From Flectonema sp. DT1601 (lineage: Eukaryota): DNA of 56,701 bases. Under the pieces are notes generated by a model that saw only the letters and a program-made list of their open reading frames with translations, was not told the origin of the DNA and ran no database searches. The DNA is taken from NCBI GenBank assembly GCA_964019425.1, contig OZ025789.1:1488001-1544701 (forward strand), read 5' to 3'. The translations under genes were made by a program, and so were the position numbers. Positions 1 through 12,627 of this stretch are shown one piece after another. The stretch's first letter is position 1. Each line of letters starts with the position of its first letter.

Positions 1-247
1 TGTTAGGTGGCTTAGAGAATGAAATGTATTCTCGATCACTACCACACCATCTTTCAAGTTTCGTTTCGTTGTTTTGTTCAAGTGCTAGTAATAGTGCAAA
101 ATCTTTTGTTAGAAAGTGCCAGGACGGCGATGCCTTCTATTCTATGTTGCCACTCAATGGCAACTATTGAAGGAGTTGGTGAGAATACCGGTCACTGACA
201 ATCCATTGAACAATTACTTCATTTTTTTACTCAGGTCACAACAAGTG

Positions 248-3200
248 ATGAATGTTGTCATCGACAACACTGTTGATGGATCTACAACATGCATGCAGCT
301 GCGACAAGAAGACAGCTTCAGCAGTTTTTGCTCTCGAGTGGGAGGAGAAATGGGAGTTTGTAATTTCGAACTGAGATATGATGGAGACCTGCTTTGTGAA
401 GAATCCTTTGGTATGGTGTTGCCTGAAAGTGAATTGGAACTTTGGCCGACAAAAGAAGGTGAAGCAAGAGCACACCTACAAAAGTTGGGAATAAGTATGT
501 TCACTTTGTCTGGGGGGAGGAAAAAATGGACATTGAGGGGTTCGAACCCTCGGCCTCCCGTATGCGAAACGGGCGCTCTTCCACTGAGCTAAACGCCCCT
601 GTTTTAGGAAAACGGGTTTTACGTAATCTAAGGACATGATAATGAAAAGAAATTTAATTCATTTTACTTTTTTTGCTTTAAGCGACTGACCTTTAAGTGC
701 TGTTGTCGGTGCGCTGAAACAGCGCGGTCATCAGATGAAAGCACAACAATTATTAATGTAGCAACCAAAAATGGACATTGAGGGGTTCGAACCCTCGGCC
801 TCCCGTATGCGGAACGGGCGCTCTTCCACTGAGCTAAACGCCCTTAAAAAAATTCTTCTTTTTTTTTTTTTTTTTTTTTTGGTTACACTCGTCTGTGCTA
901 CCAAACTCTTTGTTTTTGTTCTTTTCACTTCTATGTTTTGTCTTTCTTTAATACTTTCCTTTTAACTTAAGTCTGACAAATTGGAAAACACGGGAAACAT
1001 AGGTAGGCTCCGCCTGAGGACGTAAGAAGAGCGGCAACGGAAAAATAAGTGGTCACGCGTCCTTGAAATTGGACACATGAAGCTAATTCGGTTACCATTC
1101 CTACCATCGATAAGGAAAACAAAGAGTCGAGCATATAACTAGAGCGGTGGTCAAAGACCACTTGAACAGCCCGAAGGCCTGCCCTCAAGAGAAATTTGTA
1201 AGGAGAATAGGAGAAGAAGGAGACAGGAGTGTTGGAAGAGACACTGCGACAACACCGAAGGTGATGTGCAGTTACCCAACCAGGAGATGATTGATAATGA
1301 TGAAAATACTAAAAAAAAAAAAAAATAATAACAAATTGATATTGGCGACTACATGTCACCTACTTTACTTCCAAAGTCTAAGGTTAGATGTTTGTTCCAT
1401 CCACCTTATGATCAACGCGAGTGATGGAAGCCACGCCAAAGTGAAGAGAGCTTCAAGGTTAGGAATTTCGTTGGCAATAATAAGTTCTCGATCGCGATCC
1501 CACTTGCCGGTCAGTGTTGAGAAGCCCAGGATTTTGAACCTGGCAGAGTCGAGTTTGGGAGATTGACATCCCTGCAGCAGGTGAACCTGTGAGGATGGTT
1601 CGCCACAAAATGGGCAGTCGATCGTCTTGCGCCAGTTCTGAATTAGCGGGTGACATCCTGTCCGGAAGTTCGCTATCCGTATCTCGTCGGCTCTTTCCAT
1701 CCCAGGAGGGTATTTAACGGAACGGCCTCTGATGAGGTGTTTGTAGCAGGTGTAACCACTCACGTTAAGCAGATCCTTTTTGATGCAGCGCTTCACATGT
1801 GATGATCGCGAGAAGTACGTGCCTTTGACTAGCACAGGTCGGATGTTCTTGTTGTGCGCTGCTTCCTTTGCAAGCGCGTCAACTTCATCGTGAAACTCGA
1901 TTCCAATGTGCGAGGGGATGAATTGCAAATGCACTTTCATCTCACACATGCGCAGGTATTCCAGTATCTTGAGGGACTCGGTATTCCTCTGTCTGCACCT
2001 TCCACCCAGCAGTTCATCCAGAAGGGATTTTGAGTCCGTGAATATCCTCACAGATTTCATTGAACGATCTTTGCTAAACACTGTTCTCAGATGTCTAGCC
2101 GCGTTCTTCAGAGCATGTTGTTCAGCCCTGTAGCTGCAGTCAGCTTGATAAAGCCTAGACGCGTATGCAGATCGAAGGCCGCTACGTGACTTGGCAATAT
2201 GAGCCGCACCGGCCGCGCCGGAAGCAGAGTAGGAGCCATCGCAGTTGATTACCATGTCGACAGGAGGCAACGTTCCAATGTACGACATGAACTTTTCTTT
2301 GTCCACCGCAGGGTTCGCGGACTTCGGAAATCCGCAGCTGTTGCTAATCCTAAGGTTCGTCGGAGATACCCAGGGTTCCATCGAGTCAGGCTGCACAAGG
2401 CACTGGCTTTCACGCTGACTATCAGTGCCAGGGATTAGGCCAGCCCAGTAGCTTTGTGTTGAGGCGAGTCTGTTTGTATTAGGTATCCAAGTCATGGCTT
2501 TATACCTGTAGTACTTCTTTTTTTCTTTTCCCCCCTGGTTACGCGGAAGGGGGGAAAAAGAGTCTTCTTCTTTCTTTTTCTTTAAAGGGAAAGACTATGC
2601 AAAGAAACGATCCCCCTATTAGGAGTCCGTTGAAGGACTTCCAGGATTGGCAGCTCCTGTTGGCAAATGTTGGGAAGAAAGTTGGTCCATTAGCTTTTTT
2701 CTTCGTCGGCATCTGATGACCAAGTATTTATCATCACCCATCGCAACGTAGGCGGTTTATAAACCGAGTGTACGATTAGCATTCTGCTGTTCAAACGAGC
2801 TCACAGCAGTGTGCTTCCAGTCCAGTTGCAAAAATTCCGAGATCTGATCCCTCGAGTATCTAAGAAGTCCTCTGACTACGACCTGATACCTTTCACCTTC
2901 TGGAAGAGGCGGTTGCACCTTGTTACCGAGTCGGAATCTAATGTCACTCTGAGCGGAAGGGTGAGCCCTGAGTCCGAAACACGTTTTAAACCTTGCGAGG
3001 TAAAAGTCACTGCAGCCTTTCGTAGACTGGGCGGTGTACTTTGCTTCCAAATAATTGTTCGTTTTGAAATGTATCGAAGGCCATTTTTCATCGCCATTGA
3101 CCATGAGGGAAGAGTGAAGAAAAGGAATTCACTGGAACCATTTAAAGATAGTACCTTCTTCACCAAAGTTTGATTGAGCCTCAGACCGTGTTTGTCCTGA

Positions 3201-5197
3201 ACTTCATGTCTTCGGATATTTCTTGTCTATCTGCACGTTTGCCACATATGTGAGTGACGTAGCACGTTCTGAATCCCGCCGAGCCGTCTTTGTTAATCGC
3301 AGGGAGGGTTCTCTTTTCCGACGATGGGCCGATAGACCTTTTTGAAAGAGCTGCCCATGAGAACATGGCGCCCTTGCTGGTGACATGCCCTTTCAGCTTT
3401 GCAACTGTCAGGATTCCGTTAGAGGACTTCCACGGACACCTGCGACACCCTGCAGGGGGATTTTTTTTTTAATTATTTTCCCCCCTCACTTGTTAGAGAC
3501 CAGTCATCTTTTCGCCCTAGCGACTGAAGGAGTCATTATCTAGTTTTTCACCGAGAAAAAAACAGAAACACGAGCTTTGACTGCCAGAACTGTAATGAGG
3601 TACTACGACGAAGAGAAGTACGACATCGCTATTTTGATAATTGAATCTGGAGTGTCACCTGATGAGGTACTAACCGAAGCATTTGATTCTTTTCACACCT
3701 CAAGGTCTATTGAGTTAGTTTCTTTCCTTTTCAACCGTGACGTAGACGTTGATGCTCGTGATGACGAAAACCGAACTGCCCTCATCTGTGCCGCGCAATC
3801 TGGTTGTCGGGAAGTAGCGCAGTTGTTGCTTGATAACGAAGCTGATGTTAATGCACATACGAAGCAAGGTGTGATTTCTTGACTACGACAATTTAGTTTA
3901 CTATTACAATATTAGTCAGAACTTTTTTCAACGACCATTCTGTCAATTTGAGTATTTTTTTCTGAATTTTTTTCCTCGTTAAGGCAGATCGCTCTCACGT
4001 AGTTCTTCTACAGACAAGGGTGTGTTAAATTTGCTCGGCCGATGCGACACATGTTAGATAAGCCTGTTCTAAGAACTGGCAGAGTTTCATTTTATATAAT
4101 GTAATGCTGGTTGCTAGAGAACCACCCAGATTCGTCCAGTATCCATTGCGGCGGGACAACTATTAAGATGAAAGGCTCAATTCTAATATTTGAGTTGCCG
4201 TTTCTATCGAATTAACAGAAAGTTGAGTGATTTTTTTCGGAAAGTTAATCTATGAAAATTAATTTTCAATGCACAAATAACGTAACAACAGGAACGACTG
4301 CACTGATGGCGGCATCATACGAGGGCCACACTGATATAGTGGAGATACTGTTGAATGCTGGAGTTGAAATAGACAAGAGAGATTTACTTGGACAAACGGC
4401 TCTTGTGCAATCCATGTACGGAACGTACGCTGATATTGCAGATATGTTATTGATCCACGGTGCGTCTATAGATGCAAAAACTAAGGATGGCAACACTGCA
4501 CTAATGGCAGCTGTTTATTTGGGTAGCACATCCATTGTGCAGATGCTTATTGATAAGCATGCTGACGTCAATTGCAAAAATAGCGCTGGGCGGACTCCGA
4601 TATTCCTGGCTTCTGGTGTTAAAAATAATCACGCGATTGTTTCGATGCTCATGAAGAATGATGCGGATCCTAACATGTGTGATGATACAGGTATGTTTAT
4701 ATCTACTGCCTTGGTCTTCGTATCCAATCAAATACATACATATCAGGTGCAACTCCCCTCAGCTCTGCTGCTAGCATGGGGCTCGTTGAAACGGTTGATA
4801 TTTTGTTAGTTGCTGGTGCTACAATTAATGTTCAAGATACGCTATCAGGTATGTTCCATAACCACTCCTCACAGTAGGTAGGCTCATTTCAATCGAAATA
4901 AAAGAACGACGATAAAAAATAGGTAGCTCGCCGCTTCATCTTGCAATAGCACATGGCAAGATTGGTGTGGTGACAAGACTCTTGGAGGGGGGTGCTTTGC
5001 TGGAAGTTGTTGACAAGGCAGGAATGACCCCAACCGACGTTGCTGTGCACAATGAGCAAGAATTGATAATTAAAATTTTAAAGAGAGAACAACGTGTTCG
5101 TTCAGAAGCCATGAAGAGACGCTATCTCATGGCTGGCATTGTGGTGTCGTCGCTATCAGCAGGGCTTGGATATCTGTGGTTCTCATCACGTGAATAG
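248..5197 (+). CDS. Ankyrin-repeat protein with small N-terminal domain and C-terminal transmembrane anchor; 5 exons (248-494, 3566-3868, 4292-4690, 4747-4848, 4923-5197)
   Basis: Ankyrin motifs TALICAAQSG, GTTALMAAS, GQTAL, GNTALMAA, GRTPIFLA, GATPL, GSSPLHLA. GT...AG introns join in frame (ATA A|GTATGT at 495 to AAACAG|AA at 3565 gives LGIKTRALTARTVMR). Hydrophobic C-terminus. Exon 1 linkage is inferred. Confidence 0.75.
527..598 (-). tRNA. tRNA-Ala(CGC)
   Basis: GGGCGTT/AATGTCC acceptor stem with G3:U70; anticodon arm CCCGT-TTCGCAT-ACGGG; GGTTCGAACCC T-arm; oligo-T terminator follows. Confidence 0.95.
772..843 (-). tRNA. tRNA-Ala(CGC), variant copy with C33
   Basis: Identical to 527-598 except that the anticodon loop is TCCGCAT (U33>C). 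Confidence 0.85.
859..2512 (-). mobile_element. 5'-truncated non-LTR retrotransposon (family C, related to B): RNase H/C-terminus, ~500-nt 3' UTR and poly(A)
   Basis: ORF 1365-2495(-) has RNase H motifs (CDGS, YRAEQ, FTDSKS, LQFIPSHIG) and CPFC...HLLQGC, and aligns by eye with ORF2 of B. Ends ...GAGTGTAACC-poly(A) at 859-880, 15 nt upstream of tRNA-Ala. Confidence 0.85.
2517..2665 (-). mobile_element. Retroelement 3'-end fragment carrying the shared stem-loop motif
   Basis: AGGAG...GGAAGTCCTTCAACGGA-CTCCT motif shared with 3401-3460, 23685-23734 and 37497-37543; ends GTAACC plus an A/G-rich tail. Confidence 0.5.
3401..3460 (-). repeat. Copy of LINE 3'-UTR stem-loop motif
   Basis: GCAACTGTCAGGATTCCGTTAGAGGACTTCC closely matches 23680-23710. 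Confidence 0.55.
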
Positions 5198-5434
5198 CTA
5201 TTTGCCGCCACTATTGTGGCTTTTCATTTACCAGGTATGGTACGATTCGAATTCTCTGCGGATACGATTCCAATGAGAATGGAAATTTCCTCCTAAATCT
5301 TTTCTGTTAGATACGCAACTGCGAATTGCCGCTCAGCGGTCCTTTGTTCCATTTTACATTCTTTTTGTGAGTTTGCTTAATATGTTTACGTTGATTATGA
5401 ATCTTTTCAAAAAGCAAAACAAAATGGTACTCAC

Positions 5435-6037
5435 ATGACACATCGAATTGATATCGCACCGTTTCTGGGTACCGTTGCAGAACCTATTTACAAACTAAAA
5501 GGGAAAGTGCGTAAAGGTGTGCCTCGAAAAATAGAAAAACGAAATGTAAACAACGGAAATGTAGTCAAACAACAGTTTATGGTTGCCAATGCTTCAAGTT
5601 TAGTGAGACGAATGAAAGAAAGGAAAGGAACAGTCAAGTCTGGAGCAACCCGACTACAGAATGATTATAAAATAACACCAGCGATAGTAAGAGAGTTATC
5701 AGAAGCATTAGATAAATTAATAGATGGGCAGCCATTGGTATCGTGTAAAAGACCAACTTCAGCTGGCTGGAAGCGTCAAGAAAGACAAGATCCAAATGCA
5801 ACTTGTGTCCGTAGACCTCACAGTGCTGGTCTCTACCGCTCTCCTACCCGTCCCTGTAGTGCTGCATCAGGGAGGGATCACTCAGCAACAAGAATAGGTC
5901 AGACATGTCGCGGGTTGTCCCGACTTTGGAGAACTTCCAGCATCAGTGCCAATCCCAAATCAAAGTGGTTGAGTCCTCCTCCTGACTCTAAGAATAATAA
6001 TTGTTCTCTGTCCCCTACTTCGTCCTTTGGTGCATAG
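5435..6037 (+). CDS. Hypothetical basic protein with RPxSA motifs
   Basis: 200-aa ORF on the gene-array strand; RPTSAG, RPHSAG and RPCSAA repeats; no recognisable domain. Confidence 0.55.
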   Translation: MTHRIDIAPFLGTVAEPIYKLKGKVRKGVPRKIEKRNVNNGNVVKQQFMVANASSLVRRMKERKGTVKSGATRLQNDYKITPAIVRELSEALDKLIDGQPLVSCKRPTSAGWKRQERQDPNATCVRRPHSAGLYRSPTRPCSAASGRDHSATRIGQTCRGLSRLWRTSSISANPKSKWLSPPPDSKNNNCSLSPTSSFGA

Positions 6038-6197
6038 CGTTCGATACCTCGATGTAGTAATTAATCCTTTAACGTTACCACGTTATGTTGGTTTACATTT
6101 GATTGTGTATCGGAGGCATTTGGTTAGGTGTGCGCTCTGTTTTTTTGATATTGAGTTGAGATACAACACAATAATTACCTCAACAGAAACTACAATA

Positions 6198-7829
6198 ATG
6201 GAACTTTACAAAAATGCGTCGCTGAGTCTGCTCACAGACATGTATCAGCTAACAATGGGTCAGGGATATTGGAAGCTTGGTAAGCACACAGAGGAAAGCG
6301 TGTTTCAGATGTACTTTAGAAAAACACCATTTAAAGGAAGTTATGCTATCAGTTGCGGGTTAGAAATCGCACTGCAGTATTTAGAAGCCTTTGAGTTTAC
6401 AGAGAGTGATGAGGAATATTTAAGATCACAAAAAGCTGGAGATGGGTCAGCATTATTTGATGAAGGATATATTAAGTATTTGGGTGATATGAAATTAGAT
6501 ATTAAAGTTAGCGCTGTAACTGAGGGTGAATTGATATTTGCTAACGAGCCGCTGCTGAGAATTGAAGGTCCGCTAATTCAATGTCAGCTCTTAGAAACAC
6601 CTCTCTTAACTATAATTGGATTTCAAACTCTGGTTGCAACAAAAGCTAATCGAGTATGCCGTGCAGCTACTGTTGGTGATGTCTTAGAGTTTGGACTGCG
6701 ACGTGCTCAAGGAATTGACGGCGGTGTTTCAATGAGCCGAGCAGCACACATCGGAGGTTGTGCTGCAACTTCTAACGTACTCGCTGGAAAGTTATTTAAC
6801 ATTCCTGTCAAGGGAACTCACAGCCATTCGTGGGTTATGTCTTTCCCCGAAGAGAAGGAATCTTTTGCCTCGTTCGCTAAGACTTCTCCAAACAATTGTA
6901 TTCTCTTAATCGACACCTACGACACATTAGAAGGAATCGACAGAGCTATTGAAGTCGGACTGGAAATGAAGAACTCATCCCCATCCTCAAACTTATTAGG
7001 AATTCGGTTAGACAGCGGAGACCTCGCTGAACTGTCAATTGTCGCCCGTAAGAAGTTGGATGCTGCTGGTCTGACGGATGCTAAAATAGTTGCTTCCGAT
7101 GACTTAGACGAACATCGTATTGCCTTACTTATCTCTCACGGTGCTAAAATTGACATGTGGGGTGTTGGAACTCGTATTGCTTCATGCTTTGACCAGCCTG
7201 CCTTAGGCTGTGTATACAAGGTTTGGTTTTCATTTTATTTATCGAAATTTGCAAAAACTTCCAGGCGGAGGAGTCGTGCCGGAGTCGTAATTACTTTTTT
7301 AAATAACTTCCTAAAACAGCTGGCGGCGATCAGAAAGGATTCGACCTGCGAGTGGAACTACACAATGAAAGCTGCAGCTGCGTGTCCACAGAAGGCGTCG
7401 ATTCCTGGAATCTTAGAAGTTATGAGACATTACGATGATAACGGCATGTTAGTATCTGATGAGGTATGTTAATAAATAGTTACTATTGTTAACCTACTTA
7501 TTGGTCACACTGAAGGTTTTGGATTGTATGACATGTTTATATTACAAAACGGGGGAGAAAAAAAAAAACAGATTTACGATAAGGAACTCGGACCAAGTAC
7601 TAAAGGCAAGCAGTTGCTCACCCTCGTGTGGAACGGTCGTAAGAGATGTTTTAGTGAGTCGGATGTTTCTATTCTGAGGGAGAAGACTTTGAAGAGCATC
7701 GCATCTTACAATAATCCCGTAGTACTCGTTCCGGAATTCCACGAGAGTGATGTAACTTTCCCAGTTTCGGTGGAGGAAAAACTGATGCAGAGACGCGCGG
7801 AAATCCTCGTGAAGTGTCTTAAAAAGTAA
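6198..7829 (+). CDS. NAPRT: Nicotinate phosphoribosyltransferase; exons 6198-7220, 7320-7463, 7572-7829
   Basis: LLTDMYQLTM, LEFGLRRAQG, GTHSHSW, LIDTYDT, GIRLDSGDL, GVGT, GCVYK motifs; two GT-AG introns. Confidence 0.92.
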
Positions 7830-8578
7830 TTTTAAGAACCTGACTGACCGATTGTTACATTGACAAGGATTCAAACTCTACTCTCAAGTGATTATTAGAT
7901 TTAATAATACACTCTGCGACAAGGAACTGGTTCCTGCCTTTCTCGTTTCGGGGTACTCAAATGTGTTGTACAATACAAAATCCAGCTGCGTAGTCAGCCA
8001 GCTAATTATCAGTAGTCGTGCAGCGTTTCCTTCTCGCGCTTCAGTGTCCGAGAAAAGGTACCACTACACGATTGGTATGCGGCTGTTCCATTTATATTTT
8101 CTGATTAACCTTTTGTCTTGTCTCTTACTTTGTAATTTAAATGCCTCTGTTTCGACTTTTGTCCAACTTGCTTTATGAGTTGGATGAAGGTTCAGTTCTG
8201 TTTGTTGGTCTTTCTCTTCCCCCTGCCAAGGGGTTGGTCAGTCCTGGCGGGCGTCAACGCTCAGTAGGGTGGCCGTCTGTTCTATGCGAACATTAAAAAG
8301 AAAGAACTGCGAGGGAAAAGTACTTATTAAACAAGAAAGAAAATAAGGAGAAAAAAAAAAAAAGAAATGATGCAATAAAATAATAAAGGAAAACAGTACG
8401 ACCCCATGTTCGAATCTAGCTGGTCTCTGGTTGTCTTCTGTGATAAATAATAAGGATATTTATTCTGCTTTCAAATTTCTTTTTACAAAACAGCGCTGTG
8501 ATGAACTTCCGATTATGTGTTTCTGCTGTCTTTAAACACTAATTTCTTATTCTCAAAATCTCCAGGCGCACTACCCTC

Positions 8579-10943
8579 ATGCCGCGCTTCTGCCTCCGCA
8601 GGACTACCTCTGAGGCTCATGAAGCGGGAGCAGCGTTGCTATCGAGAAGAATAAGACAGCACTACGACGATGATTCTCCAGATGTCAAAGAAAAACTGGT
8701 ACTACTTCTGAGTACGGGAGACGATGCAGTTTCCGTTTACAAAATTCTTGTTAAACATCACAAACGAGGATTGATAAGCTTTAAGAACGTCGTCGTATTT
8801 ATGACTCACGAATTCTGTGGAGGGAGCACGGCACATGTACACACGGTGATGTGGAATGCGCTGTTCAAACATATCGACATTGAGCCCGGAAATGTTTATA
8901 TTATGAGCGGTTCTGATATCGATGATAAGACTTGCTCCAACTTCGATGAGAAAATAGAATCAGTTGGTGGCATCGATATCGCTTTTTGCTGTCCAGAAAA
9001 AGACGGAAGTATTGGGTTCAACATGACTGGTAGTTCTCTTTCAGGCATGTCCCGCCTGAAGACATTTGCACACTCCACATGTCTGGCGTACGCAGACTCT
9101 TTTGGAGGTATCCAAAATATTCCAAAAAGAGGATTCACTGTTGGAATGTCAGTAGTAATGTCAGCAACAGATCTCATTACTGTTTGTACGGGAGAAATAA
9201 TGCAGCAGCCTGTTGTAGCATTAGCTGACTCATCAGTTAGTCATGTTAACTGTTTGTCTTTAATTCAATACCATTCTAGAGCAGTAATTGTCGCAGACAA
9301 TACTGCTTGCGGTGAATTAAGAGCAAAAACTGTCAGTTACTTTACTCACATTCAGCGAAGACTCGATCCGAAAGATTTTCCTGAAGACAAACTCAACGAC
9401 ATCGAACCTCTCACTGACATGCTTCCAGCAACTTCTAAAGGAAGTGGAGTTCTGAGAGTCATTAATGTCCTCCTCCTTCGTAATGGAGAGTTAATAAATG
9501 ATGATCTTTGGGTTCGCCATGGTAAGGTCATTAGTCCTGCACAACGCTTTTGGGAAGCTCACAGCATAAAAGAATATGCCGCTGAGTGGATTTACGATGG
9601 CAAGGGTTGTATTTGTACAGCCGGTCTTATTGACCTTCAAATAAACGGGGCCTTCGGTGTCGACTTTTCATCTCCATCACTAACAGCTGATGAGGTATGT
9701 TTGATCACGAAGTATTTGATGATATTATTATTATTATTTTTATGTAATTTACTCCTCTCCTTTGTACGACCTACAGTACGATACGGAAAATCTTTTTTTT
9801 TTTTAATCATTTGGTTGACAATACAATAATAATATAAACAGATCACCACGGTATCAAAGGGTGTTCTTGCACACGGGTGTACTTCAATATGTCCGACAGT
9901 TATTACGTCTGCACCTGAAACTTATCGCACGGTTCTCCCGTTGCTTCCTCGGAGGAAAGGATCTCCTGAGCTTGGAGCTAATCTGTTGGGGACTCACTTG
10001 GAGGGTCCTTTTTTAAGTGAACTGAAATACGGTGCTCATGATATCAATTTAGTGAGGTCACCTACTCAGGGATTTCATGATGCCGTAAACACTTATTCTG
10101 TAATGGAATCTGTTTGTATCGTAACACTCGCACCAGAACTCGAGGGTTCGTTGGAAACAATAAAAGGACTCTCAGACAACGGTATTGTCGTCTCTTTAGG
10201 ACATTCGTCTGCTACACTGGTAGAAGCCGAGGAGGCAGTTCGTCGGGGAGCTACTCTTGTGACGCATATGTTCAATGCGATGAGATCATTTAATCACAGA
10301 GATCCGGGTATCGTTGGGATTTTAGGTTCCAATATTTCAAAAAGACCGTACTTTGGAATTATCGTCGACGGGTTACATACGCACCCGGCTTCTGTACGAA
10401 TGGCATACAACACTCATCCTAGTGGGTGTGTTCTCGTTACTGATGCGATGGAAGCCATGGGAATGCCTGCGGGAACTTATCGACTTGCTGGCAAAGAAGT
10501 TACTGTTGTCGACACCACCGTCTTTGGAGGAGGTAATGCTCATAAAGCTACTTTATCAGGTACTGATATCTTAGCAGGTGCTGTCCCGAGCCTCATCGAC
10601 TGCGTTCGCAACTTCATCAACTTCACGGAGTGCACCGTCGCGCAGGGATTTGAAGCTGCTACTCTATATCCAGCTGAGGCAATTAATGTTCAAAAAACGT
10701 ATGTGATAAAGTAGCCCACGTGTATTGATGTAATTATATTTATTTCCTTTATTCTTTTTGTGATAAGTGTATTTAAAAAACTTAACCTAAAACAGAAAGG
10801 GGCACTTGAACTTTGGAGCTGATGCTGATTTCTGTTTATTCCACCCGGTGACTATGGATCCACTTGCGACATATGTCGCGGGCGAGCTTGCGTGGTCTGC
10901 AGACACGAATCCACTTTCTAGCAGCAGCGTTAGTAAACTTTAA
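8579..10943 (+). CDS. Fusion of a glucosamine-6-phosphate deaminase-like (NagB) domain and N-acetylglucosamine-6-phosphate deacetylase (NagA/AMDHD2), with C-terminal SKL; exons 8579-9694, 9842-10698, 10796-10943
   Basis: N-terminal NagB-like segments (ISFKNVVVF, LFKHIDI, GGID, IGFN); NagA motifs GLIDLQING, HLEGPF, TLAPE, GHS, THMFNAM, DGLH, LVTDAM, LAG, GADADF. Last exon ends agt aaa ctt taa. Confidence 0.88.
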
Positions 10944-11854
10944 ATCCACTTTTCGTGATTAACTTTGGATGTATTCCCTGGTGTTTAATCCTCTAGGAAG
11001 GGACTGTTTAATTCACTTCATATTATTGCGGTAGGAGAAACTACTGCTTCAGCTTTCCTAATAATCTCGTCCTTTTAATGTTTTTATTATTAGTAAAGAC
11101 TCTCCATTAGAGAATAATTGATTTCATCTCGTGCGAAGGTCTACCGTTGCAGCTTAAGTATTTTCGAGACATCAATTTTCCAATTTAACAGTAGTCGCGG
11201 ATAAGAGAAATTCTCTCGCTAATGCTGCTGTTGAATTTGTAGATTAGTATTCTTGTTCAGCTGTACCTGGTACCCACGACACAATGTACTCTAAATAGCG
11301 TAGTCTCTCTGGTTGCAGCATTCTTTTTGTTCAACAAAATAACAAACAACGAATTACTATTTCTTAGTCATCTGTTTAGTTAACCCTACGAAGGATAAAG
11401 CAAACGAAAATAAAAAAGGTACTTTACTTTTTCTTGTCATATTTGTATCATTCTCCGCTGCGAACCCTCCATTTAGATTTGGGGAATCGCAAAGATTTTT
11501 ATTTTTCTTCAGAAAATCCGAGTACCTAAAGTGTGCAGGCAATTATTTGTTGCTGCTCATCTTATCAACAAAAGGGAGGAAACAGAAATTGTGCGTTCGT
11601 TAGCAGTCACTTCACTGCTAGTCTTGAGAATTAATTATTTCAAAGTTGTAATGTTGATTCACTTTTTAGGAAACAGAAAAATGATAAAAAGGAAGTAAAC
11701 AGTGACTGAAGATACACAGATTCAACATGCGTGTGTGTGTTGTGTTCTCTTGATGATTCAAGGAAGCTACTCAAAGGTTCTAATGTTTACATTAGTGACC
11801 TCAGACTAGATCAGTTATTCCAAAAGAAGATATTTCTACAGCGACTACAACAAG

Positions 11855-12457
11855 ATGAAGGTTCCTGGAGAAGGTAGTCCCTCACTGGGAATGTTGTTAA
11901 CAGCGGGAGGCTGTTCTTTGGCGGCAATTGCCGGGATATTACTTTGTTATATTTATGATAACACCAAATGGATAGTTGAGGGTGTTGGTGTTCAGAATAA
12001 CGAGAACTTAGTTCACAAAATCCTCCCAAGCAGAGGACCAACTTTCGCGTACCCAAAAGATCAAACAGTTATGAGTTGGACTTTAAAAATTGGAAATGGT
12101 ATCGCTGGTGGACTGGCACCAGACTGGATTGGGTTCAGAAGCCAAACAGGTATTAGTGACGAACACTCCGCAATCGGAGTTGGCGGTGCAGGTGGAATAT
12201 GGACAGGAAGAAAGCGAGCGACCAACACACCTCCTCTTGTCTCTGGTCAAGTTGTGCAACTCTCCCTTCACACAATAGCTTCCGACGCATCAAAGTGGAC
12301 TGCTCGCATTTCAGTTGGTAATGAGCTTCTTTATGAGGGAACCATTAATGCGCATTCAAAGCCATTGTTCGGCGTACTTTTAGATAGAGTAGGTGAGGCA
12401 GTTACATTACTTGAAGAGGAAGTTCAGGTGGAAAACATCAACGAGAATGACATGTAA
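11855..12457 (+). CDS. Hypothetical protein with N-terminal TM helix and possible SPRY-like beta domain
   Basis: Hydrophobic segment LAAIAGILLCYIY; beta-rich C-terminal part. Domain call is tentative. Confidence 0.55.
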   Translation: MKVPGEGSPSLGMLLTAGGCSLAAIAGILLCYIYDNTKWIVEGVGVQNNENLVHKILPSRGPTFAYPKDQTVMSWTLKIGNGIAGGLAPDWIGFRSQTGISDEHSAIGVGGAGGIWTGRKRATNTPPLVSGQVVQLSLHTIASDASKWTARISVGNELLYEGTINAHSKPLFGVLLDRVGEAVTLLEEEVQVENINENDM

Positions 12458-12627
12458 TCGATGCAGTCAATCACAGCTCATTAGACTTCGATATTTAGTG
12501 ATTGTTTACTGACGCTGACACGGTTTACTTGGTAGTTAACTTTTATAATATTAATTAATCCCCCGATCAGGCCTGCCCCCTCCCTCCCCCCAACCCAACA
12601 ATTGCATTTAATCAAGTCTAAAACTGA

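Noticed and set aside
116..592. 158-aa ORF as a stand-alone gene
   Set aside because: The 3' part is antisense tRNA; better explained as exon 1 (248-494) of the ankyrin gene.
700..740. GCGCTG-AAA-CAGCGC hairpin next to CTGATGA on - (hammerhead-like)
   Set aside because: No GAAA after stem II and no stems I/III.
2757..3472. Cluster of short overlapping ORFs
   Set aside because: No recognisable motifs; intronic and probably decayed mobile DNA.
8221..8300. Possible HDV-like/Pr77 ribozyme (CCCTGC...TCAACG...GTAGGG...GCGAA)
   Set aside because: P1- and P3-like pairings exist, but there is no convincing P2 and no associated element.
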